From Sedimentisphaerales bacterium (lineage in GTDB: Bacteria; Planctomycetota; Phycisphaerae; Sedimentisphaerales; SM23-30), in the NCBI GenBank assembly GCA_963663965.2, contig CAXXFK010000012.1, positions 31,043 through 95,042 on the forward strand: 64,000 nucleotides of DNA, given 5' to 3'. The translations under genes and the position numbers were made by a program. This document shows positions 22,601 to 33,003 of the stretch, in pieces. Numbering within the stretch: position 1 is the first letter of the stretch; each line of letters begins with the position of its first letter. The notes under the pieces were generated by a model, which made no database searches, was not told the DNA's origin, and worked only from the letters and a program-made list of their open reading frames with translations.

Positions 22601-22787
22601 CGAGTCCAGCCTCAAAATGCTGGTTACCCGAAAACTGGCGCAACTCTTGGGTGGCAATCTCTCCGTCATCAGCATGCCGGGACGGGGCGCCTCTTTTTCC
22701 CTGACCATTCTGGCCCAATCTCAGGACAGCCAGGTTCATGACACCTCTCCCCTTGAAACAGAAGTCGGTTCCATCACCGCTCTTTGA
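19653..22787 (+). CDS. Membrane sensor histidine kinase-like protein (CHASE4-like, PAS x2, GAF, HisKA, degenerate HATPase)
   Basis: Two TM helices, SEEKFRSLVE PAS linker, GAF region, H-box GHEIQGPLN, DNGPGI G1 box. Confidence 0.85.
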   Translation: MSNPITNYRLCAGRTGLIVTVISLSFLTVAMIGWNWLIRGIFTGIDHNNAQQNMVRIQNHIQDRMNALDQICDHLANSATRTPTLTDQNIDHILTHFRTESFIDGCYDYVAKLNSDLTIAWNHIPANQSIPANETQWADLIYSQNNLTDLIQRHRTGCHGIFPQNNHLFILSFRPVINATEDLPDPEILIVGQFLNPKTIAHLLPEQSNIAILTEDQLEMETVRQLTPATSTVIDDLPDNRLCTTALLNQVSGDKQLYLQLQSPATITLHYYRPLPGILWTFWFAWLLLTALLGWIIHRRILAPMHALAKWSGQTIDPNVSGDLMPVPTEPLEVFQTAQNFAGLTKKYRQLARNWQIVSDNVNVGIVLFDRDMKVIWASERICQITEKTIDLLIGASCHNAYGKCQWLCPGCDIVKSEAFRQEGYQLEKEIQSGQYYRIVYSPALSAKGYLTGFIACFYDISKQVLLERELRESEEKFRSLVENSHAAVIVATDKIEYCNHAFASAIGHDSNELIGYYSLADLVHPDMRSFVEHIQTHQLKKPGDTVDCEIECRHRDGSSVYFNIHGTLVILYDEPCMIISGVDITRLKRSLKALSSQNLLQGIVFDISRQFSFITPDNIDHTIQKALQKLGEHFKVDRVYLYRYLEHKNILVNSHEWTAGGIIPMKQASPEFLCENIPWWFNQMNIGHTLCLSRPDEIPQAATGVHKLFAEQGITSLMAIPVRSANTLMGVIGFDCIKREHLWETREVRTLNLICDMVFRALEMNENEMRARDRFQQLEQANRELSLSNRQMDHGKPIVTMTPDYFVRLGHEIQGPLNAMVGFSNLLADLNDQPSDESEYIDQIRANGRKSLDLVNDLLDLSRIEIGDSLIRKDHFSVRECIREIELTIQPEIQMKGIAFISVIDEHIPDLIYSDINRLRQCLLNLLRFSLADMKVGIIRLNIRPELNRRVRFDIGDNGPGIALERQKTLFDPQRSQPGRHYESSLKMLVTRKLAQLLGGNLSVISMPGRGASFSLTILAQSQDSQVHDTSPLETEVGSITAL

Positions 22788-22810
22788 TTACGGCTTCGCG
22801 ATCATCGGGA

Positions 22811-23776
22811 TTATAAATGACTGAACATCCCTTCAAACAACGGACCCGTCAGATATCGTTCCGCCGCGTCTGGCAAGATGACAACAATCGTCTTTCCCGC
22901 AAATTCCGGTAAATTCGCGATTCGCTCCGCCACACAGACTGCCGCGCCGCACGATATTCCCGCCAGGATCCCTTCTTCACTCGCCAGCCGGCGGCCATAA
23001 TCTATCGCCTCGGCATTGGTCACGGTTTCCACCCGGTCGATCAGAGACAAGTCAAGGACATCCGGGATAAATCCGGCGCCTATACCCTGTATCTTATGTG
23101 GTCCGGGCCGTAACTCCTCTCCGGCCAGTTTCTGAGTAATCACCGGGCTATCCGCAGGCTCTACGGCAATCGCGGTGAGGGTTTTTCCTTTGGTTGTCTT
23201 GAGATAACGGCTGATCCCCGTAATCGTACCGCCTGTGCCGACGCCCGAGATCAGGACATCAACTTCACCATCGGTATCCTCCCAGATTTCCGGCCCCGTC
23301 GTCTTCTCGTGGATGGCCGGATTGGCAGGATTCTTAAATTGCTGCGGCATAAAATACTTCTCAGGATTGGACGCCACCATTTCTTCCGCCCGGGCTATTG
23401 CGCCGGCCATCCCTTTGGTGCCGTCTGTTAAAATAAGATCCGCCCCCAAAGCAACCAACACCTTGCGGCGTTCGACACTCATTGTCTCCGGCATCGTCAG
23501 ATGCACTTTGTAGCCGCGCGCCGCACCGACAAACGCCAGCGCGATTCCCGTATTCCCGCTGGTGGGTTCCACCATCTCCTTGCCCGGCTTCAATTGTCCG
23601 GACTTTTCAGCCTCCCAGACCATATTGGCGCCTATCCGACACTTGACGGAGTAAGCCGGATTCCGGCCTTCAATCTTTGCCAAGATTTTGGCGCCGCCGG
23701 TTGCACCGATTCGATTCAGCTTCACCAGCGGTGTCCTCCCAATCGAAAATGAATTGTCTTCGAAATATTTTGGCAT
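22811..23776 (-). CDS. cysK: Cysteine synthase A
   Basis: [33 protein letters not shown]. Confidence 0.95.
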   Translation of the reverse strand: MPKYFEDNSFSIGRTPLVKLNRIGATGGAKILAKIEGRNPAYSVKCRIGANMVWEAEKSGQLKPGKEMVEPTSGNTGIALAFVGAARGYKVHLTMPETMSVERRKVLVALGADLILTDGTKGMAGAIARAEEMVASNPEKYFMPQQFKNPANPAIHEKTTGPEIWEDTDGEVDVLISGVGTGGTITGISRYLKTTKGKTLTAIAVEPADSPVITQKLAGEELRPGPHKIQGIGAGFIPDVLDLSLIDRVETVTNAEAIDYGRRLASEEGILAGISCGAAVCVAERIANLPEFAGKTIVVILPDAAERYLTGPLFEGMFSHL

Positions 23777-24256
23777 GACTGTACTCCGTCAAATATCGGA
23801 TTTTTTTAATTTATCAACTGAGTATGTCTTCGCGGGTACAACGCTCACCCTGATTAAGGATATCCTCATCACAATGGGCTAACCTGATTAACATAGATAC
23901 ATACTCTTTCAGGCTAATCCAGCTTGATCGTACCTGCTGGCCGAACCTGGCAACTCAGCATTATTTGATAGTATTTATCAAATTAACTGACTATGTTCTC
24001 ATACTAAAAAATAGTCACGGGCTTTATTCAAGTCAAGTGCTATTCACCCCATCTCCACCTTCACCCATTTCCATCCTATCCCCCATTCTTATATACACAG
24101 TGTTAATTATTTTGTTGACAACCAAACAACCTTTACCTAAACATCTATTTTGCAATCAGTTACATTTTATTTCCATAATGCCGACCGTATTCAGTTCCGC
24201 TTAACAATATATCATTCTCTATTCACCAAATTGGTATGCCCAAACCGCCTTTCCCG

Positions 24257-25198
24257 TTAGATTTCTTTTCCTGTAATCAACGTTCCCCATCCACCTCGAC
24301 CACTATTCCGGCCAATATTCCTGACAGTTCTCTCCATAGTGCTATTTTTATACCTCTCCACGGCCTTTTCCGGGACCATATTCACTAACTCGACCCGGTT
24401 GAATTCCTGCCATTCCTCCCGCGGCCTCAGCTCATCATCACCGGTCACCTCCCCCTCACGACAATAGGGACACGCCTCCTGGCAGATGTCACACCCGTAT
24501 CCTCGCTTTTGCATCCATATCCGATATTCTTCCGGACAATCCCTCAACGCTTCTGTGGTCCAGTACGATATACATTTTCGCGCATCCAGTTCTCGCTCTC
24601 CAACCAGAGCGCCGGTCGGACACGCCAGCATACACGCCTGACAATCCCCGCAGCGATCCAGGCCGGCCTGATCCACCTCCAATTCCAGATCCGCAACAAT
24701 CTCACCCAGCAATATCCACGACCCATACCGTTCATTCAACAACAGCGAATGTTTTCCTATCCATCCCAATCCCGCCTGCCAGGCGTAATATTTCTCTAAA
24801 ATCGGCGCGCTATCGACATAACACCGCATTTGAACCGGCCGGCTTTCTTCAGCACGGATCCTGTCCGCCAACCGTTTCAAGCGCTCTTTGATCACCACAT
24901 GATAATCGCGAAACCGCCCATATCGCGCCACCGCCCACTCGCCCGCCAATTCCCGATCATGATAATAATTCAAGCCAACACAGATCACACAACACCCCCC
25001 CTCAATCAGTCGTCCCGCCTCCAATCGCTTATCCAGATTTCGCCCCAGATAGCCCATTTCCCCATGATAACCCCGCCCCAGATACTCCCGCATCGCTTTT
25101 GCCACCTTATCCTGAACGGGCCCCGCCGAGGCAATGCCGCACATACTGAAACCGGACTCCAGCGCCAGGTTTTTTATCGTTTCACTGGTTATCGTCAT
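24257..25198 (-). CDS. queG: Epoxyqueuosine reductase
   Basis: YHGEMGYL, DYH, VDSAPILEK, CGDCQACMLACPTGAL, GCDICQEACP. Confidence 0.88.
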   Translation of the reverse strand: MTITSETIKNLALESGFSMCGIASAGPVQDKVAKAMREYLGRGYHGEMGYLGRNLDKRLEAGRLIEGGCCVICVGLNYYHDRELAGEWAVARYGRFRDYHVVIKERLKRLADRIRAEESRPVQMRCYVDSAPILEKYYAWQAGLGWIGKHSLLLNERYGSWILLGEIVADLELEVDQAGLDRCGDCQACMLACPTGALVGERELDARKCISYWTTEALRDCPEEYRIWMQKRGYGCDICQEACPYCREGEVTGDDELRPREEWQEFNRVELVNMVPEKAVERYKNSTMERTVRNIGRNSGRGGWGTLITGKEI

Positions 25199-25201
25199 AC
25201 G

Positions 25202-25306
25202 TATACTGATTACAATTGAAAATGCTCGCTGGGCCGTGATATAAGTTCTTCATGAGTAAATACTTATCTTGCGAGCGATCGGGAATTTTCATACCCATTG
25301 GGTATA
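25202..25306. mobile_element. 105-bp MITE-like repeat, copy 1
   Basis: TATAC...GTATA ends, imperfect ~22-bp terminal inverted repeats, colinear with 40952-41056. Confidence 0.65.
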
Positions 25307-25464
25307 AAGGGTTCGCTTCCTCTCAGGGTATCATAGCCATATCCGGCATCCGGCAACGAATACCACGCCAAAGATTGGATCTGAATATAGATTGTATCAT
25401 ACCCTGATCCCGTTTCCCACCGTTAAAGCCGGAATCTCGCCAGCCAACCATTTCCTCCGGAAAA

Positions 25465-26109
25465 TCACGGAAGTGTTCGCCCGCCTTCTCTGACCCGCCG
25501 TCTTTGCCTGACTATCCCTGCCAGGCCCAGCGTCAATAGCCCCGCCGGTTCCGGCACATAAGCCATTGCGGCAATACCGTGAGGATAAATGGCATCTCCC
25601 GTAAATCCTTCCCCGATGACACCCCCACGCAATTTATCTCCCGTGATCGTTACTTTAACTTCTGTAGATTCATGATCCGGGCTCACCCGGAATCCAATCA
25701 AGCGCCGGTCCAGTCCTGGCGCCGGCTCTCCAGGGATAGCATCCCCATCTTCATCCAGATACCCCATGCACACCCCAAAATAACGGCTGGGCAATACCGC
25801 AACGCCTGGACCATCCGGCGAACTCAATGGATGAGCGCCCTCACCCGGTAACTCCGTGGGAGTCCCAAAATCAATGTAATAGTCGATATACGCGTTAAAT
25901 TCACTGTTCAGATAGGTCAGATCACTCACGCTTTCCAATACACCGCCTTGCAACGCCACCGTCAGCGCCACGCCGCGCAAATGTTCTCCGCCGGTAACTT
26001 CATAGAAAATCGTGACTTCATCACCCAACGCCTCTGCTTTGATATAAACACTCCCATACAATGGACTCGTAGAAAACAGAAATGTGATTATTGCCAGGAA
26101 ACGTTGCAT
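25465..26109 (-). CDS. PEP-CTERM sorting domain protein
   Basis: Signal peptide from ATG 26109 (AAGGAG RBS); C-terminal VPEP, hydrophobic helix, RQRRR. Confidence 0.8.
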   Translation of the reverse strand: MQRFLAIITFLFSTSPLYGSVYIKAEALGDEVTIFYEVTGGEHLRGVALTVALQGGVLESVSDLTYLNSEFNAYIDYYIDFGTPTELPGEGAHPLSSPDGPGVAVLPSRYFGVCMGYLDEDGDAIPGEPAPGLDRRLIGFRVSPDHESTEVKVTITGDKLRGGVIGEGFTGDAIYPHGIAAMAYVPEPAGLLTLGLAGIVRQRRRVREGGRTLP

Positions 26110-26526
26110 AAATCGACTCCTTTCTTGACTGACCACTCACCAGTATTCGGCGCTGCCGGGCCCAACTCCAATATGTTATCCAATCCCCTGACATCGAATT
26201 TCAACCACAATCCCCGAACGTTACTATTATCGTACGGTCCATCAATTATCCCTGAATTTTTCCCCATATTCATCCGTGAAATGAATAGGCTTGTAACAAT
26301 TATGCGGATAAATACAAACATCAATATGGCGTCTCTCCAAATCAGAACATTCTTTGATTTCTTGCCTGTTATTCCTGAATCGGCCCGGACTGTAAACCGA
26401 TAAAACTTGATAGATAATTGAGCCTATCCTGTTTCGTGACCGTTGCCAGGCAGGCCCGATAACGTCATAACCAATAATGAGTTTCCAGACGATTGTATTC
26501 GCAATTAACTTACAAACCCGGCACAA

Positions 26527-27966
26527 ATGAATATTGGCGCTGATTCTACTACTGAAATGATTTCAAACGAGCAGGCGGTTGCAAACAAAGCCTGCTTCCA
26601 GGAAGGCTACCTGCCTGTTCCCCTGCCTTATATCGCGCCTGAAAGCCTGCAAGGCCTCAAAATCTATCTCTACAACCCACCGGTCTACAATCTCTATAAA
26701 AGCCTCGATCTCAATTTTAGCCGCAAGGATTATAACCGCCTGATTGACGGTGGTATCGAAACCGTTTATATCCCCACCAGCGATCACCAGGCCTATTATC
26801 AGGCTGTCAGTGGACATCTGGATGACATTCTGGAAGACCGCAAAATCATCAAACAGAAAAAAAGCGATATCCTCTACGCCACCACCCTCTCCCTGGCCAA
26901 TCAACTGCTCACCCAGCCCCCCGGTAAAAAACAGATCGATCAGGTCCGCCGGCTCACCGCTGCCACCGTCCGATATCTCTTTAAAGACCCCCGTTCTTTC
27001 AACCATCTCTTTGAAATCTCCAACCACGACTTCTATACCGCCACCCACATGACCAACGTCAGCACCATCATGGTCGCCTATGCCAACTACCTCGGCATCG
27101 ACGACCCCGATATGCTCAACGACCTGGGAACCGGCGCGCTGCTGCACGACGTCGGCAAGATGTTTATCCCTCAGGATCTGCTCAACTGCAAAGATAAACT
27201 CACCCCCGAGCAGATACTCATGATCCAGAGCCATGTCCAGAAAGGCGTCGATCACCTCTCTTCGGTTACCGATCTGTCCGATAACATTATTCGCATGGTC
27301 GCCGAACACCACGAAAAAAACGACGGCACCGGTTATCCCCGCCATCTGTTGTGTGATGATATTTCACTCATTGGTAAAATGACCTCAATGGTCGATTGTT
27401 ACGAAGCCATGACCTCTGTCCGGCCCTATCGCAACCATGGGCTCTCCACCGATGAAGCGCTCGAGATCATCCAGGGCATGGCGCCCCATTGCTTCGAAAG
27501 CGAACTGGTCGAATCCTTTTCCCGGTTCGTCATGGATTCCATGAACAACCGCCCGGCCCATGATGTCTCCTCCGAGCATAATATTAAAATCCTCAAACGG
27601 CTGGGTCTGCTTAACGACCGCGATAATCCATCCGGCCGCCAGTTTCCCAGGTATTATCTCCGTGTCCGCTCCACACTCAGCATCATGCACAAAAACAATG
27701 GCAAATGGACCACCGGCCCGGAAGAAATCGTTATCGTTCATAACATGTCCCAGGGCGGAATGGGTATCCTGAGCCCCAAAGCCTTATCCAAAAACGCGAT
27801 CGTCCGCATCCGGATCGCCTCCCGGCAACTCGACCGCCACGTGGACTACCTCGCCACCGTCGTCCGCGTCGTCAACCACGCCGATGGCTGGTACACCCTC
27901 GGCACCCGCTTCCTCCAATCCCAGACCTCCGACCACATCCAGACCCTCTACCAGACCCTCAAATAA
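26527..27966 (+). CDS. HD-GYP c-di-GMP phosphodiesterase with C-terminal PilZ domain
   Basis: HDVGK, HHE..DGTGYP, RPYR; PilZ RQFPR and NMSQGG. Confidence 0.88.
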   Translation: MNIGADSTTEMISNEQAVANKACFQEGYLPVPLPYIAPESLQGLKIYLYNPPVYNLYKSLDLNFSRKDYNRLIDGGIETVYIPTSDHQAYYQAVSGHLDDILEDRKIIKQKKSDILYATTLSLANQLLTQPPGKKQIDQVRRLTAATVRYLFKDPRSFNHLFEISNHDFYTATHMTNVSTIMVAYANYLGIDDPDMLNDLGTGALLHDVGKMFIPQDLLNCKDKLTPEQILMIQSHVQKGVDHLSSVTDLSDNIIRMVAEHHEKNDGTGYPRHLLCDDISLIGKMTSMVDCYEAMTSVRPYRNHGLSTDEALEIIQGMAPHCFESELVESFSRFVMDSMNNRPAHDVSSEHNIKILKRLGLLNDRDNPSGRQFPRYYLRVRSTLSIMHKNNGKWTTGPEEIVIVHNMSQGGMGILSPKALSKNAIVRIRIASRQLDRHVDYLATVVRVVNHADGWYTLGTRFLQSQTSDHIQTLYQTLK

Positions 27967-27996
27967 TCCCCTCATCACCTGGTTTAGCTACCCATT

Positions 27997-28287
27997 TCAT
28001 ATCTCACCTGCCAGCCGCCGTTTCCGCTCTGCCGTAAACGACCACCATTCCCGCGTCTCACCCGTATCCATAAAATGGACCGCCGCCATCAGCACATCCA
28101 GCACACACGGATCCGGCCGCTTCCTCATCCGCTTGCCCAGCTTCTCATACAGCCGCACCGCATCCTGCCCCGCCAGCTTCCCCGGCCGGTCAATCCCAAT
28201 CAAACGCAACGCCCCGGCCATCGCCCCCCCCACATTCGGAATATCCTCCAGCTTCGTAACCGCGTCTCGATCAACAGCTTTCATCAC
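27997..28287 (-). CDS. Cdd1-like (pathogenicity locus) helix-hairpin-helix protein
   Basis: LEDIPNVG...GI...L.GQD...LY...DPCVLDV...WW pattern. Confidence 0.75.
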   Translation of the reverse strand: MMKAVDRDAVTKLEDIPNVGGAMAGALRLIGIDRPGKLAGQDAVRLYEKLGKRMRKRPDPCVLDVLMAAVHFMDTGETREWWSFTAERKRRLAGEI

Positions 28288-28351
28288 ATTGCCACTCCAC
28301 CATAGTTTGAATAATCCATCTCCAACGGAACATTATAAACAAACACCACCA

Positions 28352-29755
28352 TCAATCCAACACCTTTTCCGCCTTGACAATCGCCACCCCCTCCTGAAAC
28401 GGCTCCACCGCTACAATCCCCTCCACTTCCGTCTCAAAAGGAGTTTCGTTACCCAGGGTATCCACCACATATGACTTCCCTTCCCGCTTCCCCCAGGCCT
28501 TGCCCTCACTGAACGTCCCCAAGTACTGATAAATCGGCCGGATAACATCCTTTCGATCAAAATCACACACCCCATAACACCCATCTTTCCGGTATCGAAT
28601 AAATTTCCCCTCCACAATCCCGCAGCAAAACATCCCATCCTCCCCTTTAAAAATAAGCTTCCCCTTCAGGTCAAATACCAGACTTTCCAGTGGCTCATCT
28701 TTAGCACATAAGATTCCCCATTCTGTCAATAATACCCGGTTATAAACAGGCTCAACAATATAATGCCCCTTTTTATCGATAAAACCGCGTCTGGCCATGG
28801 CTCCAATTCCTGTTGACATTGTCAGTGGACTTGGCAAATCCGGCCGGTCCACCAAGACCTCCGCCACGCCATATCTAAAAATTGGAACAAGTATGACCCG
28901 GTCTTTCAATTTGACAACCTCAAGCGTTTCGCAATTAATAAAGCCGGAATAATGCTCATTGGGATCATCCCCATGATCTTTTGCATAAAAAGCAATCCCA
29001 TTCTCGATAGTATGGATATAGGAATAGAACGGTTTGATCACCATTTTTCCCGTTTTATCCATCAAGCCCCAATCCCAACAGGTTTCGTCAAAAAGACGTT
29101 CTTCCGGGGCATCGGGATGCAAATAGCCCACCGGACACAGCCCCGCGGAAAAATACCCGCTGGAATCCCAATCTCCCCTCAACACCACATTGCCTTTGGT
29201 ATCCAGATATACGAGTTTCTCATCAATTGCTCCTAATGCCAATCCATCCTGAAATGGCTCAAGCCAATCATAAATAAAATCAACGATCTCTTTTCCCGTT
29301 TTATCGATTATGCCCCACTTACCCCCCTCCTTTTTAACCGGAGCAAAACCTTCCGAAAAGGATCGCGCTTCGTCATACAACAAAGGAATAATCAATTTCC
29401 CCTCGGTATCGATATACCCACAATACCCACCTCTACCTACTAACGCCCGGTCTTCGATAAATCCTAACGCAGAGTCATATGGTAGCGAAACCACCACACT
29501 ATCACGGACCATCATACAATTTTTCTTCCCACCCATAACTACATTGACTATGCCACCTTCTAAAAATCGAATAGAATCGTATTCTAATGGCAATACCCAA
29601 TGCCCCCCGCTATCGACGATTCCATAACGATACTTACTGACATAGCGGGGCCGCGGCGGGGTATAGTCGTTTTTTTTGTCCGCATTGTCGCCCCCCGGCA
29701 ACAAGCCAAAACATGACAGCAAGATATATTGAACGATTTTCGTTGTACTGTTCAT
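28352..29755 (-). CDS. WG-repeat (beta-repeat) exported protein
   Basis: Repeated FSEG.A.V...(W/Y)G.ID..G units; ATG 29755 with AAGGAG RBS. Confidence 0.85.
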   Translation of the reverse strand: MNSTTKIVQYILLSCFGLLPGGDNADKKNDYTPPRPRYVSKYRYGIVDSGGHWVLPLEYDSIRFLEGGIVNVVMGGKKNCMMVRDSVVVSLPYDSALGFIEDRALVGRGGYCGYIDTEGKLIIPLLYDEARSFSEGFAPVKKEGGKWGIIDKTGKEIVDFIYDWLEPFQDGLALGAIDEKLVYLDTKGNVVLRGDWDSSGYFSAGLCPVGYLHPDAPEERLFDETCWDWGLMDKTGKMVIKPFYSYIHTIENGIAFYAKDHGDDPNEHYSGFINCETLEVVKLKDRVILVPIFRYGVAEVLVDRPDLPSPLTMSTGIGAMARRGFIDKKGHYIVEPVYNRVLLTEWGILCAKDEPLESLVFDLKGKLIFKGEDGMFCCGIVEGKFIRYRKDGCYGVCDFDRKDVIRPIYQYLGTFSEGKAWGKREGKSYVVDTLGNETPFETEVEGIVAVEPFQEGVAIVKAEKVLD

Positions 29756-29833
29756 GATAAACTCCTTCGGCAACAGTCTCTATCTCACGCGCTAATCGAG
29801 TACTTTCCATTAACTCCGATTGGCATAATCCCG

Positions 29834-31240
29834 TTATTTTGATCCATATTTTTGAAAGCTGTATTGATACAGCGGCAAATACGGATTCGCAGCCTGCCGC
29901 AACATCAACTCCACCGAAACATTCATTTTACTCAGATTCATAACAAAATCCGCCCGCTTCCGCGCTTCGTAGATTTCGACTGGATTAAGAGCCGCTTCGA
30001 GATCTTTGATAGAAATATTTTTTTCCTGTGCCCGGGCCATCAACTTGTCTGTTTTTAATCGATCCCGCTTGTCATCATCCATAATGACATAGTACCATTT
30101 AAGCAATTCTATGGCATCCTTGGGTGGATATTTATACTCTGGTATTTTTCGAAACAATTTGTCAACATCAACCATATTGGGGAGTAGATATTGCCACAAC
30201 ATTTCATATTGCGCTTTTTTATCCCCCAAGTGGGCCCCAAAGTATTTGGCCTCTGTCACTAGTTGTTCATAATATTTCGGTCCTGCCAGATCAATTAGCA
30301 AATCGGGCCGTCTCGCCATCAAAGTATCCACATCATCCATGGAAATCGAGGTATTCGACAACGACACATAGCGTAGATTTTTCATTTTTTCCAACTGATC
30401 CAGTATCGCTGGAGTAATCATGGTATGGTCCAGCGTGAGCACCTCAAGACGATCCAGCAGAATAATATTCTCAAGATGATTATCGGTAATATTACTGTTG
30501 GTCAGTAGCAATCTTATTATACCGCTTCCTGTCATATTATTTACAAAATCAGTTACCAGCGTTGTATGCTGCAAATCCAGCGTTTTCAATGCCCCCATAT
30601 CCTTGACAATATTGAGGCCAGAACCTGTAATTTGCGTATCACTGCAATTGAGATATTCAAGCTGGCGTAACGACCCTATCGCTCTCAAGTCAACATCATT
30701 ACAATCTTGAGGCAATCCCAGATAGCTTAAGCCTTCAAGCAATCCGATATCCTGCCAGGTCAGAGATGACATGGGAATGCTAAACAAATCCAGATACTGC
30801 ATACGCTTGAAAGCTGCCAATGTTTGAATTGCCGGCATAGGAACTTTGTCAACTGGGCATTTCTGAATAAATGACCAGTCATCTCCGGCGCTGATATGTA
30901 TTGAATAAATAAATGACTCGATATGCCGTTGAGCAGATTCTTCTATTGGAGATAGCTGCACAAGAAGTATTTTGTCACAATCTAGAAATATTTCATTAGT
31001 AACCTTCTGGAACTGCTGCAGAACTGCCACTTCTTCATTATCCAAGCCAGATTCAGCCAATTCATTCGGTGCTCCATAAGGTGATATGCGAACAAATTCT
31101 CCGCACTCTGGTGTGACAACACCTCGTATATGATATTTTCTTTCAGGCGCATTCCAGTCCTCAACCCCATTGAAAACAATAGCGGACCAGAGAAATGATG
31201 GAGACTGAATAATTATGATCAATAATAGCATCAACCTCAT
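29834..31240 (-). CDS. Exported leucine-rich-repeat protein with Sel1-like helical C-terminus
   Basis: Signal peptide; LxxLxLxxTxIT repeats; paralogous to 33923-35383. Confidence 0.8.
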   Translation of the reverse strand: MRLMLLLIIIIQSPSFLWSAIVFNGVEDWNAPERKYHIRGVVTPECGEFVRISPYGAPNELAESGLDNEEVAVLQQFQKVTNEIFLDCDKILLVQLSPIEESAQRHIESFIYSIHISAGDDWSFIQKCPVDKVPMPAIQTLAAFKRMQYLDLFSIPMSSLTWQDIGLLEGLSYLGLPQDCNDVDLRAIGSLRQLEYLNCSDTQITGSGLNIVKDMGALKTLDLQHTTLVTDFVNNMTGSGIIRLLLTNSNITDNHLENIILLDRLEVLTLDHTMITPAILDQLEKMKNLRYVSLSNTSISMDDVDTLMARRPDLLIDLAGPKYYEQLVTEAKYFGAHLGDKKAQYEMLWQYLLPNMVDVDKLFRKIPEYKYPPKDAIELLKWYYVIMDDDKRDRLKTDKLMARAQEKNISIKDLEAALNPVEIYEARKRADFVMNLSKMNVSVELMLRQAANPYLPLYQYSFQKYGSK

Positions 31241-31242
31241 AA

Positions 31243-32295
31243 TTATCTCCTTATTACTCTAAATAAGATTTTTTTTCTACTGACACCAATCATATCATTA
31301 TATTTTGACCAATCTTCTTCCCTACCAGTTCGATTATTACGGCCACCAGCATCGGAATAATCAACATTGCTAATAATAGTTGCATCGATTTCTTGATTAC
31401 AATTCCATGATATTTTGACTTTAAAATAACCTTCCGATATTAATTTACCTCCAAAATCAGGAACATTCCACTTTGGATATTTATAATCCGGATGAAGATA
31501 TTCTGGGGTAGACAGAATTTCGGGGTATTCTTGATATGCATAGTCTTTATTAAGATAATCGGCATCACCAAATACGGTATAATCCCCAGTAGAATACAAA
31601 GAAAATCGAGTATTTATTAAAATTGCGCCTTTCGAACAGCAATTGGATTGATTAACAAAATTTTTATCAATGAGAGCTGCATAGTAAGGTGATCGATAAC
31701 TATTTTTCCATTTATTATCATTTTGACGAGTACTAATACGAACACCCGTAGGACCAGCCGCTTTATTCTCTTGAATCGTAATTGGAGGCAGATCATCAAA
31801 CATTTCTTCAAATGTACTTGTAGTTCTCTCGAGCTGGCGAACAAAGGATACATTTTCATATCGAGGTGATATTATGTAACTACTATCTTTACAATCCTTA
31901 ACATACCAATATGCTGTTTTATTCATAACAGAATAAAGGCCTGCATTGTTATCAACATCATCTAATACTGCCTGCTCTTTTTCATCCATTCTAAGGGCAG
32001 TACTCATCCAATATCCACTAATACACTTTTTCCCATCAGAACACTCAGTTAAATTAGCAACCGGTGTTCCAACCGCTTCAATCGTAAAAAATCCTAATGC
32101 ATCCAACCGATTCAATGGCCGCTCTTGGACATAGCCATACAAATCCATCCCGTCACGATACCCCATCTTGTCCCGCTGCATAAACCGGCCCTGCTCGGGA
32201 TTGTACATACCATAACACCAGCCCTGACAGATCAACAGGACCAGAATAAGCCTGATCGCGGTTTTGCTTAATATCTTCATCTTCTGAATATCCAT
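31243..32295 (-). CDS. Signal peptide + RHS-core stub + variable C-terminal domain (putative toxin)
   Basis: YNPEQGRFMQRD..G...LYGYV...P.N..DALG motif directly after a hydrophobic leader. Confidence 0.75.
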   Translation of the reverse strand: MDIQKMKILSKTAIRLILVLLICQGWCYGMYNPEQGRFMQRDKMGYRDGMDLYGYVQERPLNRLDALGFFTIEAVGTPVANLTECSDGKKCISGYWMSTALRMDEKEQAVLDDVDNNAGLYSVMNKTAYWYVKDCKDSSYIISPRYENVSFVRQLERTTSTFEEMFDDLPPITIQENKAAGPTGVRISTRQNDNKWKNSYRSPYYAALIDKNFVNQSNCCSKGAILINTRFSLYSTGDYTVFGDADYLNKDYAYQEYPEILSTPEYLHPDYKYPKWNVPDFGGKLISEGYFKVKISWNCNQEIDATIISNVDYSDAGGRNNRTGREEDWSKYNDMIGVSRKKILFRVIRR

Positions 32296-32410
32296 TCATG
32301 CCTTCCTTAATATATCTGTTTTCAATACTTGACTTTGAACTATTTTAGAGGCCACACCCCACATATATCAACGAGGCCGCTAGGCCGCCTTTTGCCCACG
32401 CAACCTTACT

Positions 32411-32809
32411 TTACCAAGTAAAATCAACATCATTTCTGACTTTTTCCGATAATTCCTTATAACTTAAAATCGAACGCCTACCATCACCCCATGTTACCAT
32501 GTACTTTCGGATAAAATATCTATTTATACTTCCAGGAATTTGGGAACATAATAACACTTGATCATTGGATTGCCATGCATCAGGGTAATACAAAATCTTT
32601 TTACTTGAAATATCTTGAAGCTGGTCAATGCTTTCGGGTACGCTTCCATTATTATCAACAAAAAGCCTGATACCTGATACAAGTAAAGAATGATAAGCAG
32701 ACATTGAATTGTAAATATTAGTTTGCAGTATAGGTACAATAAGTGCTCCAACAATTATTATCACGATCAAACAAAAAATACTTTTTTTAATAACGCTATT
32801 CATATACAC
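32411..32809 (-). CDS. Small membrane-anchored hypothetical protein (candidate immunity)
   Basis: 132 aa, N-terminal TM helix, AT-rich, next gene downstream of the 33004 RHS-stub gene. Confidence 0.55.
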   Translation of the reverse strand: MYMNSVIKKSIFCLIVIIIVGALIVPILQTNIYNSMSAYHSLLVSGIRLFVDNNGSVPESIDQLQDISSKKILYYPDAWQSNDQVLLCSQIPGSINRYFIRKYMVTWGDGRRSILSYKELSEKVRNDVDFTW

Positions 32810-33003
32810 CTTGAACTTTTGTATAATTATCCTACTATATCATTATTCAGAAGTACTTTTGGGAATATTTCGAATCAATAACATGTCCTAATTCCAACAA
32901 AAGTTACGATAAACTGCATCGCCCCAGCACATCAATAATATCGTATTTCTTTTTTTATAGAACTAATAATTTATTCTTACAATAAAATCCGGGTTAAGAA
33001 CAG

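Noticed and set aside
25202..25306. PreQ1 or other riboswitch upstream of queG
   Set aside because: No preQ1 consensus; the second copy lies between convergent 3' ends
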